Shown here in pieces: positions 8,626-17,360 of a stretch of 64,000 bases of DNA. The position numbers and the translations under genes were made by a program. The first letter of the stretch is position 1. Each line of letters opens with the position of its first letter. Source of the stretch: an uncultured Trueperaceae bacterium (GTDB taxonomy: Bacteria > Deinococcota > Deinococci > Deinococcales > Trueperaceae); the NCBI GenBank assembly GCA_963783895.1, contig CAWAPF010000009.1:15128-79127 (forward strand), given 5' to 3'. The notes under the pieces are model-generated. The model had not been told where the DNA came from. It did not search any database and was given only the letters and a program-made list of their open reading frames with translations.

Positions 8626-11622
8626 CTACGCCGTGATCAGAAGTTGACGGTGTAGGTGATCTGGAAGGCCTGGGCCGACGAATCGACCGGCGTCGCTGGC
8701 GGTGTTGTGGTTCTGGTACACGCCGTACGAGAACTCGAGGTCGTAGTAGTTCCAGATGACCTCGTAGCCGCTCGTGTTCTGCTGCGTGTCGGACACACCG
8801 TTGTACACGTCGCCGTTGCTGATGTTCGAGGCGCTGTTCGCGCACGTCGAGGTGTTGCCCGCAGAGTCATAGCACGTCGTGCCGTTGACCGCCGTGGCGG
8901 TCTCGATGTTCTGACCGCTCCAGGAGCCGTACTTGGCCGTCAGCGTGCTGTGGTCGAAGAGGAACTGGTTCAGGACCAGCCCGACGCTCCACTGCAGCTC
9001 GTTGGCCGTGTACGTCTGCGCGTTCGTGTGATCCGTCGTCCGGTAGTTCACGGCACCCATGAGGCTAGGCTTCAGGGGCACGTTGAGCGGGGTCGTGGTG
9101 AGGCCCGCACCGGCCTGGATCGTGGAGGTGTCGTCACCCGTGGCGTACGTGTGGGTGATGTTCTCGTACTCGGCGTACGGCGTAAGCGTGACGATGGAGA
9201 CGTTGAGGGTGTAGTCGCCCTTGGCGTCGATCGTCGTGGTGTTGTAGCTCGCACCGGTCTGCTTGTAGGTGGCCTCGAGGTTGAGGCCCTTGATCAGTGC
9301 GTTGGAGGCCGAGCCGTCGTGCTTCAGCGTGACGCCGAAGCCGGTGTCGTAGTTGTTGTCGAGCGAGACGTCGCCCATGGCCGCCGGCAGGAACGCGGTG
9401 CCGTTGGCCTGGAGGTTGCTCTCCAGGTCGCCGACCTGCGTGCCGTCGATGGTGACGTTGTGGAAGAAGCCGCTCAGGCTGAAGCCGGCGAACAGCTGGG
9501 CCGTCGCATCGGCGCCGTAGGCCTGGACGCTGTGGGTCGGGGTAGCCGTGACGTTGAAGTCGTAGCTGTCGTAGTAACCCGACACGTCGAGGATGAACAG
9601 CCCGAGAGAAGCACTGGCGCCGTAGCCGGTCTGGCCGATGGCATTGCCTTCGCCGTCGGTCAGCGCGAACGGGTAGTTCCCGTCGTTGTTGTTGTTGGGC
9701 GCCATGTTGAAGCCGTTGGCTTCCCAGTTCTGCGGGATGTCGCGGTAGTTGACGTCGAGGCTGTTGAGGATCGGGATGTTCTTGCCGTCGACGTTGAGCT
9801 TGGCGTAGAGCAGCGTGTTGCTGACGTCGTTAGCCGTGTTCACCTGGTCGGTCTTGCTGCCCTGGGCCCACTCGAAGCCGAGGTTGAACATGCTGACGCT
9901 GGCGTTGGCGTCGACGCCGTAGACCGTGTCGGTGATGTTGTTGTTGTTGACGTTGTTCTTGTCGTTGGCGTTGGCCGCGGTCTGGGCGAAGCTGCCGCCG
10001 ACCGTGATGCCCGTGAAGGGGTTCAGGGTCAGGTGCGCGCCGCGCAGGTAGGTGCTGTTGTTCGTGCCCGCGTTGCCGACGCTGATGGCGTCAGGCGCGG
10101 TGTACGCCACGGTCAGGCCCGGGTTGATGAACTTCAGGAAGTCGGGCGAGGTGAGCGTGGCCACGAAGCCGGGCTCGTCCGTCGACACGATGTAGTCCGT
10201 GAAGGTGGTCTCCACGTTGGTGCCGAAGGAGAACGTCAGCGGGGCCGCGCCGATGCCGTTGAACGTGGTCGTGAAGTCGTCGACGTGGAGCACATAGCCC
10301 TCGGTCGCGCTGCCGTCACCCGTGTACGGCGTGCTGCCGTCGGTGTTCGTGATGGCCAGGCCACCGGTCTTGAGCAGGCTGAGCTTCAGGACCGCGTCGA
10401 AGCTGTTGAGCGCGTTCGGGCTGCCCGCGCCGTTGAGCGAGTTGCCGAGGCTGATGTTCAGGTCGAGGGTGGCCGAGACGTCGCCGGGCTGTGCCGTGAT
10501 GTCCTGGCGGTCCTGTGCGACCTCACCAACGTCGGTCTTGTAGCCGCTGTCGCCCGAGCTGTCATCGGTGAGCTCGGCTGCGCCGGAGCTGAAGATCGAA
10601 TCACCCATGCTGCGCGTCTGACCAACGCCGTAAGCGCGGTCCACGTCGAACGGGTGACCGATCGTGCGGCCGACGAAGTAGCTGAGCTCGATCGAGCCGG
10701 AGATGCCGAGCGGGTTGCTTTCGAGGGCAGTGACGCGATTCTGCAGGCTGGCGATGTCCTTGCTCTGCTGCTGGTCACTGGTCTCGAGGGCCGACACGCG
10801 ATCGCGGAGAGCGACCTGGTCCCGGCGCAGCAGGATGACGAACTCGCGGATGTTCGCGATATCGCTCGAGTTGCGCTGGATGTCGCCCTTGACGCCGGAG
10901 AGGTCGACAGAAGGAGCGGCCGGCGCCGAAGCCTGCGGCTGCGGCATGTTGTTGACCTTGTCGCTCAGCATCTGGATGACCTTGTTGGCGGCCGCGATGT
11001 CGGATGCGTTCTGCTGGGCCTGCGACATGGCCTGGTTGGCCAGGTCGTGGGCGTCGTTGGCGCGCTTGGCCGCGGCGTCAGCCTGGGCCTGCGCGGTGTC
11101 GATGGCAACGCGCTGCGAAGCGATCTGGTTCTGCAGGTCGCGAAGGACCGCGGAATCCGTGCCGCTGGGCAGGTTGTTGAGCTTCTGCTCGACCTGGTCG
11201 AGGCGAGAAGAGTTGGAGGCGATCGACGACTTGTTCGCCGTCACATCGTCGGAGAGGCTAGCGATGGCGCTCTCCGCCGAGGACAGACGCACCCCTTGCG
11301 AGGCAACATCCGAGGCGAGGCCCTGCACGGCGTTACGCAGCGATTCGATGTCGGACTTCGTCATGGCCAGCGAGCTGTTGACGTTCTGGTTGACAACGTC
11401 GAGCAGCCGGCTGATCACGAGCGCAGCCTGGTAACGCGTGAAGGCTTCGTTGCCGCGGAAGGTACCGTCGGGGAAGCCGATGACGATGCCCAGGTTGGCG
11501 ATGCGGGAGACGGCGTCGGCAGCCCAGTGGTTCGCCGGAATGTCCGGGAACGACGTGCTGTTCTGCGCGAGAGCGCCGCTCACCAGCGTCGCCGCCAGGA
11601 GCGTTAGTACGAGTCTTTTCAT
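8626..11622 (-). CDS. slpA: SlpA-type envelope protein (signal peptide, SLH domain, long coiled-coil, C-terminal beta-barrel region); apparent 1-nt frame disruption about 20 codons before the end
   Basis: MKRLVLTLLAATLVSGALAQ signal peptide. SLH motif FPDIPANHWAADAVSRIANLGIVIGFPDGTFRGNEAFTRYQAAL. Residues ~120-330 are heptad-rich, followed by an alternating-pattern Gly/Asn/Thr/Tyr-rich barrel-like region. The alternative frame ends QAFQITYTVNF with a stop at 8637. Confidence 0.9.
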   Translation of the reverse strand: MKRLVLTLLAATLVSGALAQNSTSFPDIPANHWAADAVSRIANLGIVIGFPDGTFRGNEAFTRYQAALVISRLLDVVNQNVNSSLAMTKSDIESLRNAVQGLASDVASQGVRLSSAESAIASLSDDVTANKSSIASNSSRLDQVEQKLNNLPSGTDSAVLRDLQNQIASQRVAIDTAQAQADAAAKRANDAHDLANQAMSQAQQNASDIAAANKVIQMLSDKVNNMPQPQASAPAAPSVDLSGVKGDIQRNSSDIANIREFVILLRRDQVALRDRVSALETSDQQQSKDIASLQNRVTALESNPLGISGSIELSYFVGRTIGHPFDVDRAYGVGQTRSMGDSIFSSGAAELTDDSSGDSGYKTDVGEVAQDRQDITAQPGDVSATLDLNISLGNSLNGAGSPNALNSFDAVLKLSLLKTGGLAITNTDGSTPYTGDGSATEGYVLHVDDFTTTFNGIGAAPLTFSFGTNVETTFTDYIVSTDEPGFVATLTSPDFLKFINPGLTVAYTAPDAISVGNAGTNNSTYLRGAHLTLNPFTGITVGGSFAQTAANANDKNNVNNNNITDTVYGVDANASVSMFNLGFEWAQGSKTDQVNTANDVSNTLLYAKLNVDGKNIPILNSLDVNYRDIPQNWEANGFNMAPNNNNDGNYPFALTDGEGNAIGQTGYGASASLGLFILDVSGYYDSYDFNVTATPTHSVQAYGADATAQLFAGFSLSGFFHNVTIDGTQVGDLESNLQANGTAFLPAAMGDVSLDNNYDTGFGVTLKHDGSASNALIKGLNLEATYKQTGASYNTTTIDAKGDYTLNVSIVTLTPYAEYENITHTYATGDDTSTIQAGAGLTTTPLNVPLKPSLMGAVNYRTTDHTNAQTYTANELQWSVGLVLNQFLFDHSTLTAKYGSWSGQNIETATAVNGTTCYDSAGNTSTCANSASNISNGDVYNGVSDTQQNTSGYEVIWNYYDLEFSYGVYQNHNTASDAGRFVGPGLPDHLHRQLLITA

Positions 11623-11788
11623 GCTTGGGTACCCCTTGAACTCTGAGAGTCGAATTCGTTTCGCGACGGCGCCCAGTACCTGGGGTGCAGGGATGCGGGA
11701 GTGTCCTTGTTTCCTCGCCGCTTCTGCACATGCGGTGTCTGGGATTCCGTCGAGACTCGCCTGACGCAGGGACCGGTTCAAGGTAGTG

Positions 11789-11799
11789 CACCTCCTTCC
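11789..11799 (-). promoter_or_regulatory. Strong SD-like element GGAAGGAGGTG inside the slpA 5' UTR, about 170 nt upstream of the slpA ATG
   Basis: It is the reverse complement of cacctccttcc. It lies 7 nt upstream of an in-frame TTG (11781) that would add 53 non-signal residues. Confidence 0.3.
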
Positions 11800-11833
11800 G
11801 GGTGCGGCCCCAGGTCACGGACAAATCCGGCCT

Positions 11834-11862
11834 AGTATCCCACAACGATGAGGGGGTGTCAA
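11834..11862 (-). promoter_or_regulatory. slpA promoter: -35 TTGACA, 17-nt spacer, TGg-GATACT extended -10
   Basis: The - strand reads cgccTTGACAccccctcatcgttgTGgGATACTagg. This predicts a 5' UTR of about 200 nt. Confidence 0.5.
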
Positions 11863-12011
11863 GGCGAATGAATCGATTATGAGAGGGAGAATCTGCGCTC
11901 GGTATCGCAGAAATCGACTTTGTGAAGTCGCGCACTCATGTTCTACTCATGAGAGCGAAAGCGGCCCGTCCCGGACGGCGCCCGCGAAGATGAGGAACGC
12001 GAGAAGGTAGG

Positions 12012-12971
12012 ATGCCCGGCATGGCGCGCATCACCGTCCCCGAAGCCGAGGCCCTGCTGGACAAGGCGTTCCCCGTCCTCGACCACGGCTTCGTGCGGCT
12101 GGTCGACTACCTCGGAGGCGACACCCGCATCGTGCAGGCCGCCCGCGTGTCCTACGGCGAGGGCACCAAGACGGTGCGCGAGGACCGCGCCCTGATCGAC
12201 TACCTGCTGCGCAACCGTCACACCAGTCCGTTCGAGCAGGTGATCCTGACTTTCCACGTGAAGATGCCGATCTTCGTGGCGCGCCAGTGGATCCGGCACC
12301 GCACCGCCCGCCTCAACGAGATCAGCGGTCGCTACTCCGTGATGCGCGACGAGTTCTACGTCCCGCGGCCGTTCGAGGTCCGCTTCCAGAGCCAGCGCAA
12401 CCGCCAGGGGGGCAGCGAGGACGAGGTTCCCGACGAGCTGCGCGAGCGCGTGATCGAAGCGCTCCGGCGCGACCAGGCGACGACCTACGGTCGTTACGAG
12501 GACCTCCTGGAAGACGGCATCGCGCGCGAGCTGGCACGCATCAACCTGCCGCTGAGCCTCTACACCGAGATGTACTGGCAGATCGATCTCAACAACCTCT
12601 TCCACTTCCTGCGTCTGCGCATGGACTGGCACGCCCAGTACGAGATCCGCGCCTACGGCGACGTCATGTCGACCATGGTGCGCGCCGTGTGCCCGCTCGC
12701 CTTCGAGGCCTTCGAGGAGCATGTGCTGGCGGCCCGGACCTTCTCGGCCAGCGAGATGCAGGTGCTGCGACAGGCGATCGACGAGGCCGCGCTGGCCGAG
12801 GCGCTCGAGGCCAGTACACTGCGTAAGACGCGAAGGCGCGAGTTCCTCGACAAGCTGGCCGAGCCAACCGCTGTGCCCTCCGGGGCTCCCGCTGCGGCGG
12901 GCGCCGACGTCGACGCCGGAGCTGCGTCCGTATCGGACCCCGGCGCCACGGACGATCCCAGCGACGGCTGA
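12012..12971 (+). CDS. thyX: FAD-dependent thymidylate synthase ThyX
   Basis: GFVRLVDYLGGD and RHTSPFEQ, plus the ThyX signature RQWIRHRTARLNEISGRY. An Ala/Asp-rich tail of about 60 aa follows. Confidence 0.92.
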   Translation: MPGMARITVPEAEALLDKAFPVLDHGFVRLVDYLGGDTRIVQAARVSYGEGTKTVREDRALIDYLLRNRHTSPFEQVILTFHVKMPIFVARQWIRHRTARLNEISGRYSVMRDEFYVPRPFEVRFQSQRNRQGGSEDEVPDELRERVIEALRRDQATTYGRYEDLLEDGIARELARINLPLSLYTEMYWQIDLNNLFHFLRLRMDWHAQYEIRAYGDVMSTMVRAVCPLAFEAFEEHVLAARTFSASEMQVLRQAIDEAALAEALEASTLRKTRRREFLDKLAEPTAVPSGAPAAAGADVDAGAASVSDPGATDDPSDG

Positions 12972-12983
12972 GCGCGGCGCGTC

Positions 12984-13442
12984 GTGCGTTACCGCGTGAT
13001 CGCCGTCGGCCGCCTCAAGCGCGGCTTCTTCAGCGCCGGCTGCCAGCACTACGTCGAGCGGCTGCAGCCGCTCTCCCGGCTCGAGGTGGTCGAGATCAAG
13101 GAGGGGCGGGCGGGGGACGCGGCCGCCGTCCGTGAGGCCGAGAGCACCGCTCTGCTCGCAGCCGCCCAGGGACGCGCCGTCGCCCTCGATGAACGCGGGA
13201 GGGCCTTCGACACCCGCGCGCTGGCCGCCCACCTCGACGCCCTGGAAGTGCGCGGGATCAGCCAGCTCAGCTTGCTGGTGGGCGGCGCCGAGGGACACGC
13301 GCCGTGGCTCCGCGAACGCACCGAGGAGGCGTGGAGCCTCTCCCCGCTCACGCTCCCGCACGAGCTCGCACGTCTGGTTCTTCTGGAGCAGCTCTACCGC
13401 GTCGAGACGCTGCGGGCCGGGCACCCTTACCACCGCGGCTGA
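12984..13442 (+). CDS. rlmH: 23S rRNA (pseudouridine1915-N3)-methyltransferase RlmH
   Basis: 152 aa SPOUT protein: MRYRVIAVGRLK...LLVGGAEGH...LSPLTLPHELARLVLLEQLYR....GHPYHR. Confidence 0.9.
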   Translation: MRYRVIAVGRLKRGFFSAGCQHYVERLQPLSRLEVVEIKEGRAGDAAAVREAESTALLAAAQGRAVALDERGRAFDTRALAAHLDALEVRGISQLSLLVGGAEGHAPWLRERTEEAWSLSPLTLPHELARLVLLEQLYRVETLRAGHPYHRG

Positions 13443-13454
13443 ACAAGACCGGGG

Positions 13455-13480
13455 CTGGGGACGGACCCTGGGGACGGACC
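13455..13480. repeat. Perfect 13-bp tandem duplication (ctggggacggacc x2)
   Basis: Units at 13455-13467 and 13468-13480, in the convergent spacer after rlmH. Confidence 0.85.
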
Positions 13481-13505
13481 CGGTCGCCACCCCGTTTCCC
13501 GCGGC

Positions 13506-14174
13506 TCAGCCCCCCGCTCGGTCCGCGCCCCCCTCCGGCGCACCCGCGCCGCCGCCGGCCGTCCCCTCCACCATCGCGAAGAGGGTGAACAGGTCGGTGG
13601 CCAGCGCCTCGAGCGCCTCGAAGGGAGCCGCCTCGGGGCCCTCGCACAAGACCAGCATGTGCCGGCTCCCCACCACCAGCATGGGGCTCACGCCCCGCCC
13701 CACGAGCATGCGCTGCATCACGCGCTGGACCGGCCGGGTGAGCCAGGCCCGGGCAGCATCCTCGTCGCGCGCGAACACGCTCACCTCGGCGTCGAAGTCG
13801 GACAGCTCGGACAGGGCCAGTCGACGACTCCCGGTGCGACCGGCCTCGATCGATTCGAGCACGGGGTTGCGCCTCGTCTGCGCCCGCAGGGGCGCGGCCG
13901 CGAGCGGCGCGGTGGCGCGCAGCAGAACGCCCGTAGCGAGCGTTCTCACGCTGCCGGTCGGGCCCGAGCGGGAGCGTTCCTGATCGAAGAGGAAGAGGGT
14001 GGGCTGTCCGGAACGACGCAACCCGTAGAGGGGCTCCAACGCGCGTTCCCCCAGGTCGAGCCACTCCCGCAAGCGGGCCTCCTGTTGCTGCGCGTCCGCC
14101 AGCTCGAGCCGCCGCGCGAAATCGCGCCACTGCTCGCGCCGCGATGGGTTCCTCTGGCGGCCGCGGAAGAGCAT
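13506..14174 (-). CDS. Hypothetical protein (222 aa)
   Basis: Balanced composition. Start chosen at MLFRGRQ, downstream of the SufT-like gene on the same strand. I recognise no family. Confidence 0.5.
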   Translation of the reverse strand: MLFRGRQRNPSRREQWRDFARRLELADAQQQEARLREWLDLGERALEPLYGLRRSGQPTLFLFDQERSRSGPTGSVRTLATGVLLRATAPLAAAPLRAQTRRNPVLESIEAGRTGSRRLALSELSDFDAEVSVFARDEDAARAWLTRPVQRVMQRMLVGRGVSPMLVVGSRHMLVLCEGPEAAPFEALEALATDLFTLFAMVEGTAGGGAGAPEGGADRAGG

Positions 14175-14223
14175 GGCGTATTCAACCACAGGCCCGCACG
14201 AAGGCGCCCCGCGGGGACGGAAG

Positions 14224-14556
14224 TCAGATGTTGAAGCCGAACATGCGCATCTGCTTCTTGCCATCGTCGGTCATCTTCTGCGGCGTCCAGGGCGGAGACC
14301 ACACGAAGTCGACCGACACCCGGCTGACGCCGTCGACCTTCATGACGGCAAGCTCGGCATCGGATTGGATGAGGTCCTGCACGGGGCATCCCATGCTGGT
14401 CAGGGTCATGTCGATGTTCACGTGGCCCTCGTCGTCCACATCCAGCTTGTAGACCAGACCCAGATCCACCACGTTCACGGGGATCTCCGGGTCGCGCACC
14501 ACCTTCAGCGCTTCGAGGATCTCCCCCTTCAACCGCTCCTTATCGAGGCCACTCAT
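14224..14556 (-). CDS. Fe-S cluster assembly protein, DUF59/SufT-like
   Basis: ILEALKVVRDPEIPVNVVDLGLVY...VNIDMTLTSMGCPV is the DUF59 hallmark. Confidence 0.85.
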   Translation of the reverse strand: MSGLDKERLKGEILEALKVVRDPEIPVNVVDLGLVYKLDVDDEGHVNIDMTLTSMGCPVQDLIQSDAELAVMKVDGVSRVSVDFVWSPPWTPQKMTDDGKKQMRMFGFNI

Positions 14557-14598
14557 GATCCACAAGCTAACAGACGCCACCGACAGGGCGCGTAGCGC

Positions 14599-15202
14599 TC
14601 ACGCCCCCTCGTCCTCCGCGCCCGCGGGCCGCACCATCCGGGTCAGCGCGTCCTCGGTCTGGGCCACGTCGGCCGCCAGCTCGTCACGCACCCGCACCAC
14701 CCGCTCGTGGAGCGCGTCGATCCGCTCCTTGTCGCGCGTCTCCATGGCCGCCAGGGCGTCCTGCAGCGTGCCTTCCAGGGCCTGGACAGCGCTCGGCGAG
14801 GTGGCTCTCCAGCGTCACCGAGGCCGTGCCGATCCGCGAATCCAGGCTCTCCTTCGCGGCGCTCACCTGCGCCTTGAGCTCCGTGATCGCCTCGTCCAGC
14901 CGCCCCTCCAGCCGGCCGGCGGCCTCGCGCTCGCGCGACCCCAGCTTCGAGCGCACGTCGGCGAGCTGGCGATCGAGCTGCGTCACCTGCCGCAATTGCG
15001 AGGCACGGTCCAGGAGCGCCGCCAGGAAGAACAGGACGGCGAGCGCCACCAGGGTCAGCAGCAGCACCAACCCGAGCGGCCCCTGCAGCGTCACCACCAA
15101 CAGCCGGATGGGCACCGGCTGCGTCAGCGTGTCGAAGTTGAGCGCCGCCAGCAACACCGCCAGCAGCACGACGACGGTCAGGAGGATGCCGCGAAATCGC
15201 AT
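14599..15202 (-). CDS. LapA/DUF1049-like membrane protein with a C-terminal coiled-coil; apparent 1-nt frame disruption near 14788-14795
   Basis: The N-terminus has two TM helices, then a heptad-like RLEGRLDEAITELKAQVSAAKESL. The tracked frame then turns into PGPGRHAAGRPGG junk and stops at 14684. A second frame continues as AVQALEGTLQDALAAMETRDKERIDALHERVVRVRDELAADVAQTEDALTRMV, stopping at 14599. Confidence 0.55.
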
Positions 15203-15300
15203 CGTTCTTCGACTCTACCAGGCGCGGCACGACCCGCCGCGCTCGGCTGGCACCACACGCGCGCGGCGCCGCCTGCCGGCGCCTGCGGCCGGCCGCGCCC

Positions 15301-16410
15301 TCACCACTCCGCGAAACGATCGCGGTGGACGACCAGCGCCAGCCCCAGGGCCATCAGGGTCGAGATCAGGCTGGTGCCGCCGTACGACACCAGGGGCAGC
15401 GTGATGCCCGTGACCGGCGCCAGGCCCAGCGTGACACCGATGTTGACCAGCACCTGGAAGCTGATGAGCACCATCACCCCCATGATCACCAGCTTGTCCC
15501 GGTCCTTGGGACAGTCGTTGGCCATGGCGACCAGCCGCCAGAAGAGCACCCCGTACAGAAGCAACAGGGTCACCGACGCCACGAAGCCCCCCTCTTCGGC
15601 GAGCACCGGGAAGATGAAGTCGGTCTGGCGGAAGGGGATGAAGCCGAGCTGCGACTGGGTGCCCTTCTTGTAGCCCTTCCCGAACAGCCCGCCCGAGCCC
15701 ACCGCGATGGTGGACTGGATCACCTGGTAGCCGCTCCCCTGCGGGTCGGCCGAGGGATTCACGAACGAGACCAGGCGCGCGCGCTGGTATGCGCCGAGAT
15801 GGGGCAGCACCACCGTGGGGACGGCCACCCCGAGGAGCACCACGGCGACCGCCAGGTGCCGCCAGGGGATGCCGCGCACCAGCATCATGCCGGCCCCGAT
15901 GGCGGCGATGACGAGGGCGGTTCCGAGGTCGGGCTCGAGCACCACCAGCGCCAGCGGCGGCAACAGCAGCAGGATGGGGCGGGCGTAGTTGAGCGGGCCC
16001 CGCAACGGCCGCTCGTGCATCGCCGAGGCCATCACCAGGATCAGGGTGAGCTTGGCGAACTCCGAAGGCTGGAAGCCCGGAAGCGGACCCAGGTAGAGCC
16101 ACGACTTGGCGCCGTTGACGGTGGTTCCGATGGCGGACACCGCCACCAGCAGCACCAGGCTGAGGACGTACAGGTAGGGGACCAGCCCGGTGATCCGGCG
16201 CCAGCCCAACCACAACAGCCCCCCCGCCATGGCCAGGCCTGCCACCAGGAAGACACCCTGGCGGAGCAACTCGTGCGGCGGCGCGGCGCTGCTCAAGGTG
16301 GCCAGACCGGCCGCCAGGAGCAGGACCACCACCGCGGGCAGACTGAGGTCGACGCGTGCCAACGCCTTCCCTCCCCTTCCTCGGCGAGAGCGGTCTCTCT
16401 CGCGCTCCAC
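15301..16410 (-). CDS. SEDS family peptidoglycan polymerase (FtsW/RodA/SpoVE family)
   Basis: About 10 TM segments with conserved SEFAK and GFIPFRQTDFIFPVLAEEGGF motifs. The exact start is uncertain (GTG 16410 or downstream). Confidence 0.88.
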   Translation of the reverse strand: MERERDRSRRGRGGKALARVDLSLPAVVVLLLAAGLATLSSAAPPHELLRQGVFLVAGLAMAGGLLWLGWRRITGLVPYLYVLSLVLLVAVSAIGTTVNGAKSWLYLGPLPGFQPSEFAKLTLILVMASAMHERPLRGPLNYARPILLLLPPLALVVLEPDLGTALVIAAIGAGMMLVRGIPWRHLAVAVVLLGVAVPTVVLPHLGAYQRARLVSFVNPSADPQGSGYQVIQSTIAVGSGGLFGKGYKKGTQSQLGFIPFRQTDFIFPVLAEEGGFVASVTLLLLYGVLFWRLVAMANDCPKDRDKLVIMGVMVLISFQVLVNIGVTLGLAPVTGITLPLVSYGGTSLISTLMALGLALVVHRDRFAEW

Positions 16411-16589
16411 AGCCTACCAACCCGGCCTCCGGGAGCGCAGGGTGGCGGCGTCACGGTCGCCCCCGGCCGGCGTCCTCGAAGGCACGGTTCGCGCCTGCCG
16501 GCCCCGCCGAGGCGCGGGCAGGGACCGCGCTGCGCCGGCGTCGGGCGCGCGACCTCCCGCCCCCGCACGCGGCCGCATCCTACGGCTGG

Positions 16590-17324
16590 ATGAGTCTGCG
16601 GTCCCCCGATCCCCTGTTCGCGCGTCGACGCCGCATGCCGAGGGCGGCGCGGCGCGGGCTGGAGCGCTGCTCGCGTCCTGCGCGAGGGCGTGCGCTGGGG
16701 CGTGCTCTGCTGGCGCTCGCCCTGACGGCCGGCATCGCCTTCGCGGCCCCCTCGGACGCCACGGGGCAGCGCTCGAAGCTGCCGCCCCCTCCCGCTCGCT
16801 CCGGCCCGCCCCCGGCCCGGCTCCTCGACACCACCGTCATCGCCTTCGAAGCGAGCGATCCGCTCGGCGGCTTCACCGGCCATGCTCCCGTGGCCAGCGC
16901 GACGCTTCAGGTCGATCCGGCGCGCCCCTCGACGGCGCGGGGGTCGCTCACCGTCCGTGCCGGTAGCATCACCACGGGCAACGTCGTGCGGGACCGCAAC
17001 GCCGAACGCGGCGTCTTCGAGGCCGACCGCTACCCGGTCGTCCGCTACGCCGTCACCGACGTGCAGGCGCACCCCGCCGACCTACCCGACGGCGGGACCG
17101 GTCGTGTGGTCGTGACCGGGGAGCTCACGATGCACGGGACCACCCGCCAGGTCGTGGCCACGGGAACCGTGGAGCGCCGCGGAGACCGACTCGAGGCACA
17201 TCTCCATCTCGACGTCCGGCTGACCGACTTCGGCATGGACCGGCCCCGCTTCCTCTTCATCCAGGTCGACGACCTGGTGAAGGTCACCGTCGACCTGGCG
17301 TTGCGCTCGGCCCCGACGCCCTGA
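16590..17324 (+). CDS. YceI-like periplasmic polyisoprenoid-binding family protein
   Basis: Signal-like N-terminus, then FTGHAP...GSITTGNVVRDRNAE...FEADRYPVVRY...GELTMHGTTRQV. Start at ATG 16590 or 16635. Confidence 0.8.
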   Translation: MSLRSPDPLFARRRRMPRAARRGLERCSRPARGRALGRALLALALTAGIAFAAPSDATGQRSKLPPPPARSGPPPARLLDTTVIAFEASDPLGGFTGHAPVASATLQVDPARPSTARGSLTVRAGSITTGNVVRDRNAERGVFEADRYPVVRYAVTDVQAHPADLPDGGTGRVVVTGELTMHGTTRQVVATGTVERRGDRLEAHLHLDVRLTDFGMDRPRFLFIQVDDLVKVTVDLALRSAPTP

Positions 17325-17360
17325 CGCCCCGCCGCCCGACGCTCTCACGCCCAGGTCGGG

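Noticed and set aside
8656-11607. A 983-aa + strand ORF antisense to slpA. Similar very long antisense ORFs occur at 52-1851(-), 11943-13490(-), 19761-21758(+), 23073-24941(+), 30126-32951(+), 39885-41807(-) and 61277-63070(+).
   Set aside because: These are shadow ORFs, which are typical of high-GC DNA. Their translations are Arg/Gly/Val/Asp/His-rich and repetitive, with no recognisable motifs. In each case the opposite strand encodes a protein with clear family signatures.
11623-11781. A 53-codon N-terminal extension of slpA in the tracked ORF, with a TTG start at 11781 behind a strong SD.
   Set aside because: The extension is hydrophilic and precedes a textbook signal peptide that starts at the ATG at 11622, which has its own SD. 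I treat it as 5' UTR. The SD-like element is reported separately as a possible regulatory feature.
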